Below, in pieces: positions 38,847-53,800 of a stretch of DNA of 64,000 nt. The DNA lies in NCBI GenBank assembly GCA_020137815.1, contig CM035351.1:8804001-8868000 (forward strand). Reading direction: 5' to 3'. The translations under genes were made by a program, and so were the position numbers. A model generated the notes under the pieces. That model saw only the letters and a list, made by a program, of their open reading frames with translations, did not search any database and was not told the origin of the DNA. Numbering within the stretch: position 1 is the first letter of the stretch; each line of letters opens with the position of its first letter. Origin of the DNA: Hormiphora californensis. Its lineage: Eukaryota > Animalia > Ctenophora.

Positions 38847-41800
38847 GATACTAAGCTGAGGTTTGCCAAAACGGAAATCAGGTGAATTGCACCTGACAAC
38901 CGAGACACATGCTCCCGGCATGGTCAACATCACCCGGACCGCCACACCTTACAGACACTTCGGTAGTATTCAATCAGGAATCCGAATATGTGCCAAAGTG
39001 TAAGGGGGAGCCCACTGCTTGTCATGGGTAATGTCATTTGGGCCCAGATGGAGTGCCGTTGGGGCCCACTGGAGTGCCGTCTTGCCAATGCGTCTGTCGT
39101 CTTGGATTGAGTAGAGGGGATGGTGTCAGACACCGGGTTGGGGCTAGGAAGAAGGGAAGGGGTAGGTAGGGGCTAGGTTGGGGATTGAAGGATAAAATCA
39201 ATATACACATTGCATATAAAGATAACATCTCGGCTGGCTCCTATCATCGTATTGACAATAGCGAGAAAGGGAGAGGAAGAGGAAGAGGGAGATATGATAG
39301 GTAGGGTGACTGCAAAATGAACTAGGTGTGAGTGGTACAATGATAGGCAGGGTAACTGCAGAATGAACTAGGTGTGACTGGTACAATGATAGGCAGAGTA
39401 ACTGCAGAATGAACTAGGTGTGACTGGTACAATGATGGGCAGGGTAACTGGAGAATGAACTAGGTGTGACTGGTACAATGATAGGCAGGGTAACTGCAGA
39501 ATGAACTAGGTGTGACTGGTACAATGATAGGCAGAGTAACTGCAGAATGAACTAGGTGTGACTGGTACAATGATGGGCAGGGTAACTGGAGAATGAACTA
39601 GGTGCGACTGGTACAATGATAGGCAGGGTAACTGCATAATGAACTAGGTGTGACTGGTACAATGATAGGCAGAGTAACTGCAGAATGAACTAGGTGTGAC
39701 TGTACAATGATGGGCAGGGTAATAGCAGAGTGATCTAGGTGTGACTGGTACAATGATAGGCAGGGTAACTGCAGAATGAACTAGGTGTGACTGATACAAT
39801 GATAGGCAGGATAACTGCAAAATGAACTAGGTGTGACTGGTACAATGATAGGCAGGATAACTGCAAAATGAACTAGGTGTGAGTGGTACAATGATAGGCA
39901 GGATAACTGCAAAATGAACTAGGTGTGACTGGTACAATGATAGGCAGGGTAACTGCCGAATGAACTAGGTGTGACTGGTACAATGATAGGCAGGATAACT
40001 GCAAAATGAACTAGGTGTGACTGGTACCATGATAGGCAGGGTAACTGCCGAATGAACTAGGTGTGACTGGTACAATGATAGGCAGGGTAACTGCAAAATG
40101 AACTAGGTGTGGGTGGTACAATGGGGGGTGCGGAAATGGTCGTTAGGACCATCACCGAAAAGTGACATGCGAGCAGGGTAGCCCTGTCAAGGAAAGTAGT
40201 GTTGAAAATATAATTTGTAATTGGAAAATACAATCACCATAATAGGAAAAGGCGGAAAAGGTAGTTAGGGGCAATACTGAAAAAGACATATGAGCAGGGT
40301 AACCCTGTCAGGGAAAGAAGATTAGGCGGCAGGCCCAGGGAGTGAGATAGAGATAGATGAAGGGTATACAGTGGGACCCGGAAAAGGTTACAACGGCAAT
40401 CTCCAGCTAATTGATATCAGACATGGATGTCCCCAGTAAACGAATTATCACGATTGGGACCGATGTCACATAATCAGCCTAAACCATAGTTGGGAGAGCA
40501 GTTGATTAGACACTGGGAGAGAGGAATTCTGCCCTGGATTAAATTACACCTGAGAAGGAGGGAATAGAAATGAGTGGGCTGGATAGTTGAACCTGAGAAC
40601 AGGAGGGTGAGAAGAGGACGAGTACGATGGTAAACTCGATGCGGGGATCACTAGATGCCCTGGAAAGATGAACACCAGGGGAAGGAACTAGTCATGAGGG
40701 AATGCAGGGCCGGGGCCGTTGACAGGATCAACTGATTGAATCAGTATTCGGTCTGGATAGGTAACGTTTTTCCTTTGCGAGTGTAGCATGTCAGTATGGA
40801 GTTGGTCCTTTGTAAGGCTATCAGCCAGCGTCAGTCAAAAGGGCGGTGCTACTTGTACGCCTGGGACCTGAAAGAGAAGTTCTACTCGGGACTCTACTAC
40901 TCTCCTAACTCAGCTACTTGCTAACAACTAACAGACAAATGAGGATGCCACTATGCTCGGAGGTCTAGAGCGTACGCTTGTACGGTGTACAGAGAAAAGC
41001 GAAAGGGTTAGATGAATACCTATGTTATTGGAAAACAGAAGCTGAGAAAAAGATTATTACATTGCTGCTTGTAGTGGGAAGACGGCGCCCGAACAACACG
41101 GCAGCCGATCACAACGGGCACCGAGACACACACATATACATACATACATACACATACATATATATATATAATTATATACATGTACATACATATATATTAT
41201 CTACCTGAAATACACAGACAAACACCACAGTGTCGAATGGACACACGTGCTGTCAATCCGGTACTCCGATACGTCCCGTCCTACCGGTCCCCACCGACAC
41301 CGCTCCCCCACCACAAGCACCCATGTTATAAGGGAAAGAACTCAACTCTTGATGAGAAAGGAATAAATATAAAACAGGGGGGGGTCCAGCCCTAAAAAAA
41401 GCTAAAGGTACCCTGATTTTGGTCGATAGCGTTTTTTATTTTAGCTTTTTTTAGCTTTTTTTTAGCTTTTTTTAGCTTTTTTTAGCCCTACTTTTTATGT
41501 TTTTTTCAGCATTCATCTTGACACTTTTCCATTAAATTTTCATCCTTCCGGACGTCTATTGACTGCATTTGTTCATTTCCTGCACATTTTTTTACCATAA
41601 TCTACCGTTTATGTCCATACATAGCAATTTCTGTATCCACCCCTACTGCCATTTTCTGGAGACATTTTTTCGATAAAAATATTATTCAAATTTGATAAAA
41701 ATAGTTTTAAAAAAGTTCAAAAAACGTTATAAAACGTTATAATAAAAGTTTAAAAAATTTGGCGTCAGCGGGATTCGAACCTATATGAATCCACTAAAAA

Positions 41801-44800
41801 CTCAATTTTAGCTTTTTTTAGCTTTTTTTAGCTTTTTTTAGCCTTAAAAAAGCTAAATAAAGCTAAAAAAAGCTAAAAAAAGCTAAAAAAGGCTAAAAAA
41901 AGCTAAAAAAAGCTAAAAAAAGCTAAAAAAAGCTAAAGGTACCCTGATTTTGGCCGTTAGCTTAGCTTTTTTTAGGGCTGGACCCCCCCCAAAACAGGAA
42001 ATTCCAAAAGAAGACCTGGTGAGTGGGTGAGATCTAAATTCTAAGGACTAAAAAGTGAGTGTGATATAACACAGGAACTGGAACCCCAACCAGTCGGACC
42101 ACCTACCAAACAGCCCAAAACGAGATACCTAAGACGGAAAGGCTGACAGGACAACTTTGCGCTTACCAGCACAGTAAAGAATATGAACAAACACAACAAA
42201 GAGGAGGGGGCAGAGAAGCTGGAGCCAACCCAGGGAGGGAGACAGAGGCCAAGGGACCACGAAATAAGAGGACGCCTTGCCCTAAATACTGGCCACCCTT
42301 CCTGCTGAACACAACCGGATAACAACAATAATAAATAGTAACCAATGAATATAGAATGAACGATCTTATCTGATTTGAGAATGTAGGTAGGGGATGTAGG
42401 TGGCTGGTCCTTTGTTGCTGGTCCGTGGTGGTAGGTAGGGCTGGCTGGGGTTTGTTGGTCGCGGTAGTCTATGTCGTGAAATTCGAGACTAATTACGGAG
42501 CCCGCGATATTAACAGCAAACTACAACACAACTGATTGAACTCCTCTCTCTCTCTCTCTCCCTCTCTCTCTTCATTTCTATCTCAATTTCTCTGTCGTCT
42601 TTGTCTATTTTCTACTCTATATGGGGATCTCATCACGCACAGTGGACTGCTGGGTGAAATGTGGGATCTGATATTCACTGGGGTGATCTGATCATGGGTG
42701 GGGTGATATGATCCTCAATGGGATGATCTGATCTTGGGTGGGGGGATCTGATCCTCAGTAGGGTGATCTGATCTTGGGTGGGGGATCTGATCCTCAGTAG
42801 GGTGATCTGATCATGCATGTTGGGTGATGTGATCTGATCTTGATGACGACGATTTAGGGACCACCAAACATGCATGGGTGGGATCAAGTTTCGGGTGTTT
42901 TTGCATTATATAGTAAGATATATATCACGTACCCTTTTAATTATCTTCGACATAATATCACTACATATAAATAACACATCACGAGTTTTAACTTTTCACC
43001 TACCTAAACTACTCTATGCAGTGGGTCTCTAACAGTGCCTGGGTCGGTTATTCACTAAAAGGAAAACACAGCATTAGTGATGGTTTTAGTAAATATATCA
43101 CCCGGGATGATGTTTTTAGCACGCACGTGCTAAAAAGATCATTCATGGTTTAGAAATCAGCAGATTGTGTAGTTAACTAAAATATCCGTCCGTCTGTCCA
43201 CCGTTACACATAGCAACAAAGTCTGCTCCTTCATAAATCTTTCAACTCACACTTTGTCGATGCAACAAAGGAAATGATTAACACACATTGTGGCGCGCAA
43301 TTACTCACTCGTATCACTTCCTATTTTCACCTGAAATCACTTTGGGTACCCTACAGCCGTACCATGACGTGGTAGCAAGTCTTCCAAGCATGAAACTACT
43401 ATCACACAATAATTGCAAGTGACTGGTGTTAAGATTACTGAGGCCTGAGGGTAAAGGTGAAGCGCTTGGTCACCAACTAGGGTCTCCTAAGCAACTGTCT
43501 TGGTTATCATAGCAACTGCCTTGGTTACCATAGCAACCACCCTGGTTACCATAGCAACTAACATCGTATCAGCCAAAAATTGCTCTTAGAGTGCAAAATT
43601 CATCGGAAAATCTGAATTTGAAGCTTAATCATCAATTTTACACCCATCTGGGGCAGGGAAACACCGCATTATGAATACATAATGCAATAATTCTTGTTTA
43701 CATAAAATGGTTTCAGATTTTATGTAGAAAATATAATTCACAAAGATAATCCTTCATGCTAAAAACTATAACTCTCAACTGGTTCTTGAATAAATGGGGG
43801 ATGAGGTCTAGGTTGACCCCCCCCCAATTTAAACGTTTTACTCGATAAAATGAAGGTTCTTAGATATCCCATTACCATTAACTTTGTAGATTAAATGAAA
43901 GAATTCATTAAATAGTATTTAAAAAATACCCATTCTGTCGACTCTTTAGACTTACTTACTTGACTTAAGGCGAGTGGTATTCTCGAACGCTGTAGGTCAG
44001 TTTTCGCCAAGGATCTCGGCCAGCCATCATTGAAGATATCTCTGCTACGCTCTTCACTCCAGTATCTCTTCGTATGGTGTCCACGAATGTAAGGTTTGGT
44101 CTCCCTCTTTTCGTTTTACCGTGGGAGGGTTCCCATAACAATACTGAGTGAAGTGTTAGCTCTGGGTGTCTAAACGCGTGGCCAGCATGTCTCAGGCGTC
44201 TCTCTGCTATTTTGGTGCTGAGAATCGGTAGGTCACCATACAGCTCGCAGTTGGTCATCCTCAGGAGATACTGGTTTTTATTCAGTGCCATCCTGAGCAT
44301 TCGAGTGTAGGTGCCGTTTAGACTACGCTCTTGATCCCTAGTAAGCGTCCAAGTCTCACAGCCGTACAGCAGAACAGATTCTACACATGCCACAAACAAT
44401 CGGACCTTTAGCTCATCTTTAAGACTCGAGTTCCAGATCTTCTTGAGTTTATGACATGCCACCCATGCTTTAGCCTTTCTAGTGTTAATGTCCCGGGTGG
44501 AGTCGGCGATCCAACTACCAAGATACTTGAAGTCCTGTACCCTCTTGATGCTCTCTCCCGACAGAGATGTTAACTGCCCTGGGTTATCGATGCCCTCTGT
44601 CAGGAATTCTGTCTTACCAAGGTTACAACGGAGGCCAATTTGGCCACACACGGTTTCCACCTCCTTAAGCAGAGTTCCAAGTTGTTCAGTAGAGTCGGCA
44701 AGGAGCGCTAGATCGTCAGCAAACTCCGTATCCGATACCCGTTGAGCCTCAATCGGTCGAGATCTGGTACCCCGTGCTGGTTGGATGGTGAAACCAATCT

Positions 44801-47800
44801 CCGGGTGCCTCGAGAGTGCCGTACTGATGCAGTAGTCCAGTGCTATTATAAATAGATAGGGTGCGAGCGTATCGCCCTGTAACACCCCGGCAACAATTTC
44901 AAAGAGAGCAGATTCTCCATCAGCGGTAATGACCTTTGCCCTTGTGTTTGTGTAGAGCCAAGATATAAGGTCCACTATCCGTGCTGGGATCCCATACGCT
45001 CTGAGAATCTTCATCAAAGATTTCCTGTTGATGCTGTCGAAGGCTTTGCAGAAATCTATAAATACCATCGCAACAGGAAGATTCTTTGCCCTCGCACCTT
45101 CAAGAATCCGCCTCAAAGTGAGAACATGATTAGTAGTGGATCGGCCTTCCCTGAACCCGTTCTGATTATCGCTGAGCAGAGTTTCCACATGGGGCCTAAT
45201 TCTGTGGAGGATCATCCGATTTAGCGTTTTAGCTACAATCGAAGTCAGAGCTATCCCACGGTAGTTGCCGGGTTTTGAAAGGTCGCCCTTTTTTGGGACT
45301 GGGATCAGGTTGCTTATTCGCCACTGATCCGGGACTCCTTCCCCATTTAGTGCTCCGTTACAGAACTCCAGTACAATGTCATCCACATCGCATCTCTTTA
45401 GTACTTTCTGGAGGGATTGAGTCATCCCCAAACGCCTTGGCTTCCTTCAGTCTAGACTTCGCTGACTTCAGCTCGTCTCGGGTAAAGGGGCCAACTTCGA
45501 TTGGGCCAGGAGGGTGAATCTCCGGAATTTCCAGATCTCCATCAGTCGATTCAACCTGTGTCCCGAGTAGGGTCTTGAAATGGTTGTACCATATCTCAAC
45601 TCTATCATCGGCTGAGTCACCCTCAATCTGACTTTGCTCTCGCTGGTGTCGTCCCGAAATTTCGTTGATCAACCTCCAGCTTTCCCTGGTCTTGGCGTGC
45701 TTAGTAGCAACCTCAACCTTACTGAATCTTGTTCTCCAGAATTTCAGAGTGCACATTTTCGTACGCATTCTGTAGGTCCTTCTTCGCGGTTCCGATTCTA
45801 TCCAAGGTTTCCTCAGATGGGGCAGAATGGTACTGCTGGCTTGCAGTCTCCACATTTTCCCTTGCTCGTTTAACCCTGAAATCATCAGCCACCACGTCTC
45901 TGATCCTCTTTCGCTTCTTCCCCAGTAGAGCTTTGCTCGTCTGCCCAACAGCTTCAACTAGACATCCATATCGCTCGGTCGCATCTTCCCTGTTTTCTAT
46001 GGCTGAATCTAACACTGCGAAGCGGTTATGCACCTCCACAGAGAACCTCTCCTGCAGTTCTGGGCTAGATTTCAGCTCCTCGTAGCAGTAAGAGGTCCTC
46101 CCCGGGGGTGTTTTACGTTTCCGCAGTGTTAGCTTCAGTTTAACAGTGACCGCCCTATGGTCCGATCCGAGAGAACTAAATATCTCAGATACATCGGCGT
46201 CCTTGATACTGTTCCGCCATTTCCTACGCACTAGTATATAGTCCTTGGTGGATTTACTGAGAGTACCGTCCGAAAGGTGAGTCCAGAGGCGGCATTTCCG
46301 TTTCTGAAAACGCACATTAGCAACCTCCATATTCGCCTCCCGTAGAGTCTCCTTCAGACAGAGTCCATTAGGGCTAGTGCTCTTGTGGTAATACCATCCT
46401 GAGGGGGAATCCGACCAGCCGAGTTTCGCATTGAAATCTCCCGCCACGACCACTAGATTGTGAGCAGGGATAGTGTTTATACAATCCCTTAGGTCATGGT
46501 GAAACTTCTCTACTTCATCTCTGCTGTAGCCCTCAGTTGGTGAATACACAGAAACTACAGTGAAACGAGGGTTCCCTGCAAACGTAACCTTTAGGATGCG
46601 AGGTGAGACAACCTCCTTCTCCGTAATCAGCTTCCACGCTGCTGCCCTCATGGCGATCCCCACGCCCCCCACTGAAGCCCCTCTCTGGTTTCTCTCGGCT
46701 GTAGATGTTAAGAGGATGCAGTCTGACCCAGCCGGAGTAATGCGTATAACCTCACCCGGTGCATGCACTATCCGATGTTCTTGAATTGCGAGCACACCAA
46801 GTTTGCTATTGCAGAACTTATAAGCCAGCTCCTCTTGCCGTTCGACTGTACGTAAGGTACGACAGTTTAGAGTTCCAATGAACGTTTGGCTAATATCCTT
46901 ATAAAAACTTTCCATCATTATTTTTCTTTCACTGCATTTACGTCTGCGGGCGTGACTCCACAGACAAGACAATCATAGCATTAGAAATAAAGGCGGCGAA
47001 CCGACTCTACTACACTTCCAGCTGGCGCTGGGTAGAAGAGATTTTATAATGAATTTGTGACCGTAGTAACATGAATCACTAGCAAGGGATTTGGATCTCT
47101 CTAGAGTTAGCCAGGACAACATAAAATGGGAGTTGAACTGAAGGACTCTGAGTGCATAATTTACAACTGGTTTGTTCCACTAAGCCTATAGAAGGCAGAG
47201 TGGTGCATGTTCAGTGGTTCACTACACACTTTAGCCCACGTTTGCCACCGTACATAAAATACAGCCAGTCTTTTTAGGACTCGTGGTTAACCACCCCTAG
47301 GTGTTCTGTCATTACTCAGCATCGGACCTATGTGCCTCCTCCCCTATGACATGCAACAATCAATAAGGGGAAGATAAGAGGGGCAACTTTAGATGCGAAT
47401 TTAAAACGAAAATTAATCTTTCGAAGCAGCTATACAGTAGTATAGATTAAAGGGCCTAAAAACCCAAATTTTATTTAATTATTTTGAACACTACATCGTA
47501 ACAAGCATGCTATTGGAGTCCCAAAAAACATAGGTACACGCCCCACCCGCCCAATGTGAGCCCAGGGGGAGCCCCTCAAGTTGGGGCCAGTTGGGGTCCC
47601 CTTGTAAACGCGCTTGTACTCCTTGAAATGCTAACAATATGATCCTCTCTCAAATATAAAATTTAGGATAGAAACTATCCTTGTGTTTTAGTAGATTTCA
47701 TAATCTTTCTCATCAATTATTATTTAAGCCTATCAAAACTAGGAGAAAAATTACCAGAATACAGAGACATGAAAGATTATGTACTCACCTGAAACACAAG

Positions 47801-50800
47801 GCTAAATTTTACCCAAAACTTCAAATTTCAGAGAGGATCATATTGTTAGCATTTCAAGGAGTACAAGCGCGTTTACAAGGGGACCCCAAATGGGCCCCAA
47901 CTTGAAGGGCTCCCCCTGGGCTTACCTGGGGCCCATGTGGCGTGTACCTATGTTTTTTAGGACTCCAATAGCATGCCTGTTACGATGGAGTGTTCAAAAT
48001 AAATAAATAAAATTTGGGTTTTTAGGCCCTTTAAAGTTGGAATTAGAGATGAAATATTATTAAGATAAAGTTGATAAAAGAAGCCAAGCTAATGTCACGG
48101 GTAATATATACCACAGTAAAACACAACTTAAAATGTTTGTATAGATAAACCATTTCAGTACACTTGATTTACCATTTAGTCTAGGGTAGGGTGCTAATGG
48201 ATGCCTTTCAATGCCAAGAATGGTTGTCAGTTCCCCCCAGCTAGGTTTTATAGTAATCACACGAATAGAGGATTCCATCGACGCGTTATGTGTCTCGTAC
48301 GCACAACGCAACGCCTCCCTGTTCAATCCATTAGGAAACGCCCTCTCGTTGATATAGTCGGTTATGGTAATGAACTCCTCAGAAAATCGGCTGATCCACC
48401 ACAATATTGATCTGTACTTCTTAACCATTCCCCCCGTCTGCAGCAGATGTTCCATGCTCCTAACCCATTCCTCAGAGTTACCTCTTTTAGTCAACACTAC
48501 CACAGCCCCGGGACACGCCTCCCCTATCTCCCCCGCAAATAGGACATGTGGGAAGTCCACGACTGCATCGTAACCCCGGAGGAGGTACCTCCAGGGAGCA
48601 GTGGCATCATCAGCCCCATCCCTGATCCACCGTGCCCAGATTGCAGCGTGACCAGGAGTGGTGAACATGTCTTCAAAGTGGTAACATCGTAGACCCAGTG
48701 TTGATAGGGCGTGCTTTAGGGAATAGGTGCCAGTTCGTGCATACCCAACTCCTAATGGATTGTCATTGATAATGTAATTGTCATGAATTTAAAATAGTAC
48801 ACATGGTACAAATGCAGTGCATTCTATAAAATATGCTGTCTATGCTAGTATACTTACCGATTAGTTTTAATTGAAGATCTTCTGCCATTTATCACACACA
48901 ATATAACTCAGTGGAAAATTGCAAGAACTACTGCTTCACTAAGTACAGCAGCAGCAAACAAGCTTATAAAAGTAGGCAACACAATAGACTATGGCTTATT
49001 ATAGCTTGGGCAACCATTGTTCGTACACTCTAGTGTGTTCAGACAACAGAGACCGACCCATAGTAATGTACTACGCAACCTAAAATAAATCTTTAATATG
49101 ATACAACACAACTTTGGCGACGATTGGGTAACGCTCGGTGACCTATATACTGCTTTCAATCAACGTTTTAAAGTGTTTAAGGTTAACAAGTGTCTTTCTA
49201 TGTAGAGTGCGGGCTGCAGCGGCGATCATTGTTGAAGAAACGTTTTAGATATCTTCACAACCTCTTAACTATTTCTAGGATTGACATTTAATAAACTATA
49301 GTTTCTAGGGATGACATTTAATAAACTATAGTTTGTTAAATGTCAACCCTAGAAATGGTTAAGAGGTTATGAAGATATCTAAAACGTTTCGTCAACAATG
49401 ATCGCCGCTGCAGTCCGCACTCTACATAGAAACTATAGAAACTGGGGGGGGGGGCTGCCGCAAAAATCTCAGCTACCCTATTTTTGGCCGATGCGATTTT
49501 TGAGATTTCGGGAAGATTTTCTCAATTGCGTTTGAGAATTTTTTGATAAATTGGCCCAATTTTTGCTGCCAATACTCAGCATTTCGTCATATTTTTTAGT
49601 TTAAACCGAATCATAATATTAATTTAGTAACTTGATTAGGTAAATCTCTTATTTTAGCTTCTTATCAACTTAATTGTATTTTGAGAAAAATTTGCGATTT
49701 TCTCCGGAAAAATCGCAAGTTTGCCTCAAAAATCTCATAAATCTCACGTTTTTTGGCCAAAAATCTAAAATCTCGAAAATCTCAGCTACCCTGAAAATCT
49801 CCAATGAGGCATGAGATTCTTGCGGCAGCCCCCCCCCAACTTCATTGACTGTCCCCGTGCTCTCTCTAAGTTCGCTTCCCTCCCTCTCCCTTTCTGTGAG
49901 TTTATTCTATCCTACACTTGACAGGTTGAAAACCGCAATGTTGCCACTAAAAAGAGAGGGAGGGGTTCATTTAAACAGTGAATCGTTTATCCGTGTCCTC
50001 CTTCTTGTCCCTTTATTAACCGATAAAGTTGCTGGTATGCTCCTTGGAAAGCTGTCTAAATCGACAGGTAAGTCAAAACTCCTGCCATTTTAATTTTGTC
50101 AGATATTGCCCAGTAAAAGAATTATAGTAAAAGAGTAAATGTTTAAAGTTGTGAAAATTTTGACCTCTCTTAGATGGAGACAATATTTCGGGTTTGATAG
50201 TGGCTCAATTTCGGTGGCTCATGGCTCAGTGTGATGATGTGATTGTTACACAACTTCCCATTATTCTTCCATCCTGCAGTGTACAGGTAATATCAGCTGC
50301 ATGCTAGATTTACTGCAGAGTGGGACATCCCTCCCTAAAGTGGGAGCTTTTTTAGTTTTGATTTTACTTTAGACTGACACGGTTCCCGAAAGGTAGCACA
50401 TACGTACATGAGAAAATTATCGTGAATACCACATGAATTGTTTTACGGTCGGACTTCCTCGAAAAGCCATATTTGTTGATTTAATTTGAGCTCCATTAGA
50501 GTAGGATCAAGTATAACCAAAACCTTCTCTCACAGGTGCAGAAGGATATCATAGGAGGCATATCAGAAATGACTTCGGAAAGTTCCCATGGGTCGGTTTG
50601 TAACATTCTAGTGGGACACTTAAAATCTCCTGAACTTGTGCCATGTGTTTTAGATGCTATCACGGAGCTCACCCTGGCACCTGATGATCTAGGTTAGCAG
50701 AAATACTTGATCATGTTAATTCAATTTTCTCGGCGAGCGACGTTCGCTAAGTATATTTCTACCTTCAGTTTTTATTTAAAAACATTGTTTTGTGAAAAAC

Positions 50801-53800
50801 TCTCAGTCGATTCTAACCCAGGTGTTAGAAATAAGAAGAGGGCGTGGAAACAAATCTGGCAAACGAATTAAAATTTAGAGCGTTTTTTGAAAGTGGAAAG
50901 TGCTAATAAGTTTTGTGTGAAATAATGAGTCAAACTGTGCGCTAAATAGATTTGCGGGTGGTTTGAGTTGTGAAGATAGCACTGGGAGGGAAGGGTATAA
51001 ATACCCCCATCCTTCACTCCATCATTACCCAAACAACTACAACTACAAGATGAAGATTGTCCTGGTCTGCCTTTTGGCTGTTGCCTTTGCCGAGGATCCC
51101 CTCAGGTCCGTCCTGAGGTCCTCCTCCGCTACTGCTTCTCTGTTCAGGCAGATGAAGGTTAAGAACCATCTTAACTTCGGACGATCCGAGGATTCCTTCC
51201 GATTCCGACTGTTCAGGAGCTCTGCCATGAAGGTTGCCGACTACAACGAGGATGTTGAGGATACCGCCCAGTACGCAGTCAACAAGTTCTCCTTCATGAC
51301 CCCCATGGAGAAACAGAGCTACCTTGGACTCAACGTTTCTGGACTTGAGATGGGACCCGAGCCCACTGGTCTCCAGAGCTTCAACGCCCCCGAGAAGGTT
51401 CTCTGGACCAACACCGGAGATGTTACCCCCGTCAAGAACCAGGGATCTTGTGGATCTTGCTGGACTTTTGGAGCTGTCGGAGGTCTTGAGACCCACTACA
51501 AGCAGAAGAGCGGTGTCCTCAGGAACTTCGCCGAGCAGGAGTACCTGGACTGTGTCTACGAGGGAAGGAGGAACGGATGTAACGGTGGATGGATGAGCGA
51601 TTGCTACGACTGGAGTGCCAAGAACGGTGGCCGAATTGCCGCTACCTCTGCCATGCCCTACCGAGGATCTGACGGAACTTGCCGATCCAGCAGCACTGCC
51701 AACGGTGCCAAGGCCTACAAGATCTCCGGAAACACCCCCGTCTCCAGGAGTGAGAGTGCCCATTTGGAGGCCTTGACCAAGGGATCCATCGCTGTTGCCT
51801 TCGAGGTCACCGACAAGTTCTTCCAGTACGATGGAACCATCATGAAGGATACCACCTGCCGAGGAAGTGCCAACCACGCCGTCACCATGGTCGGTTACAC
51901 TAAATCTTTCATCCTGGTCAAGAACTCCTGGGGAACCAACTGGGGAGATCAGGGATTCGTCAAGTTCGCCAGGAACTACCACAACTGTCACCTCTACGAC
52001 TACTCTAGCTACCCTGCCCTTACCAGCACTGGATCTAGCGACAGTGGATCTGATGCCGCCACCAACTACAAGCCCGATGAGAGCGATGATGGCCCCAGCC
52101 CCAACCCTGACCCTGACTGCAAGGACAATGTCAGCGACTGTGCCAAATGGTCCAGCTACTGCAGTGCCAACGGATGGGTTGACTACATGAAGAAGAACTG
52201 TGCCAAGACCTGCAACTACTGTGAGGGTGGAGATGGCGGTGATTGTCCCTCTGGAACCATCAGGTGCCCTGACGGCAAGTGCCGACACGAGCACATGTGT
52301 TAAATTATTGTTGATAATTAATTTACACTTTGGTTAACAGCCAACCCATGATAAAATGTGTCTTCATTTGTGTTTTCCTTTACATAATATGTAGCAGCAC
52401 GGTGGCGATCATGAATTAATTTAATGCTTGCAGCATGGCATTTATGCTGAGATGCAGAGATCATCGGAATATACGTCACACTTTTTTCCTTTTTCGCTGT
52501 CTCTCTCTCGCCGTCTCTCGTTGTATCTCCCCCAGTTCTCCTTCTCTCTCACTCTCTCCCTCCCACTTTTTCTCTCTCCTTCTGTTCTCTCTCCCTTTCA
52601 TTCCCTCTCTCTCTTTCATTCCCTCTCTCTCCCTCCTTCCTAGTTACATAAAAAATAATATTCACAAGCTGATCTGTTCGTACTACACAGTAACACTATC
52701 TTGTTGGCCATTCATCCTTTGACACACTTCTTTTCCTCCAGAGCGTGTGTTCACAGAGGTTGAAGAGATTCTCGGTGATCTTTCTTGGGATTCACTTCCT
52801 GCAGCTTTAAGATTCATTCTTGGCAGTGCTCCCGCTGATTCCGCTATCCGGGTTATCCGAGAGAATGTGTCCCTCGACCAGAAAAATGATACATCATCCG
52901 GGTTAGTCTTACTCAACAGTTTAGTCACCTGTCTTTAGCCCTTCAAATACAGATAAACTAGGGGTTTCTAAGCCCAACGTCTTATTTGTTACACCCCTTG
53001 TTACTTGTTCTAGTTTAGAATTGCTAGGAAGTAAAGGGTAGTAGGGGACGGTAGCGTGGTAAACACTTGCACTTTTCCGGGGTTGGGGAGAGTTTTATCA
53101 TCATCTGCTGTCTACATCATGCATATAATATAACTGAATTATTCTGCACTAGGAGTAAAGAGTTTTCTCTGGAATGCCTGGAACAGGTACTTCGATTCCA
53201 AGGGAAAGTCCAAAAGCACTGGCTGGTCGTCCTGGAACGATCCCAAAAACTCTCAATCCTCGATTTCTTCACCTTGATCCTACTGTACCGGGTATCCTCT
53301 CATCCCAAGAGGGTTCTTGGTATTGTGAAGAAGCATGTAAAAGGAGGAAGCCTATCACGTGTCTTACTCGAGGTAATGACACATGAGTGTATATAGCATA
53401 GCAGTTCTATTCAGCAGCATATATTGTACATATAATTATCATTCTCTTTGTCTCACAAAAGACGGCCCTCTCCGAACCGGGCGCGACATTAAACAGTCAT
53501 GACAACATATCCTTTGTTTCTAGTGTGTGTTTGAGGATCATGCTAGTACGTGTGTTGTCTACACGGTGGAGTTGCTAAAGATAGCCCAGGGGCTAATATC
53601 ATCACTACCAGTCCACCCGACCCCCAGGACACTTTACTGCGGACTATTCAACTGGTATGTTGTGTGACTCTCACCCCACCTGGTAATGAAGTAACCCCTC
53701 CCTTGCCAGCGCACGAAGATCTTTAGAGAGGTTATTTCGTAACCAAGTCCAGTAGATCCACTGGTATACATGTGTATATTTCTCTCTGGTTGTTGTGAAA

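Noticed and set aside
39308-40122. 46-bp array as a CRISPR array
   Set aside because: No unique spacers, no cas genes, eukaryotic intron context; a plain minisatellite.
51014-52294. 426-aa antisense ORF over the protease
   Set aside because: Shadow of strong codon bias on the sense strand; no recognisable motifs.
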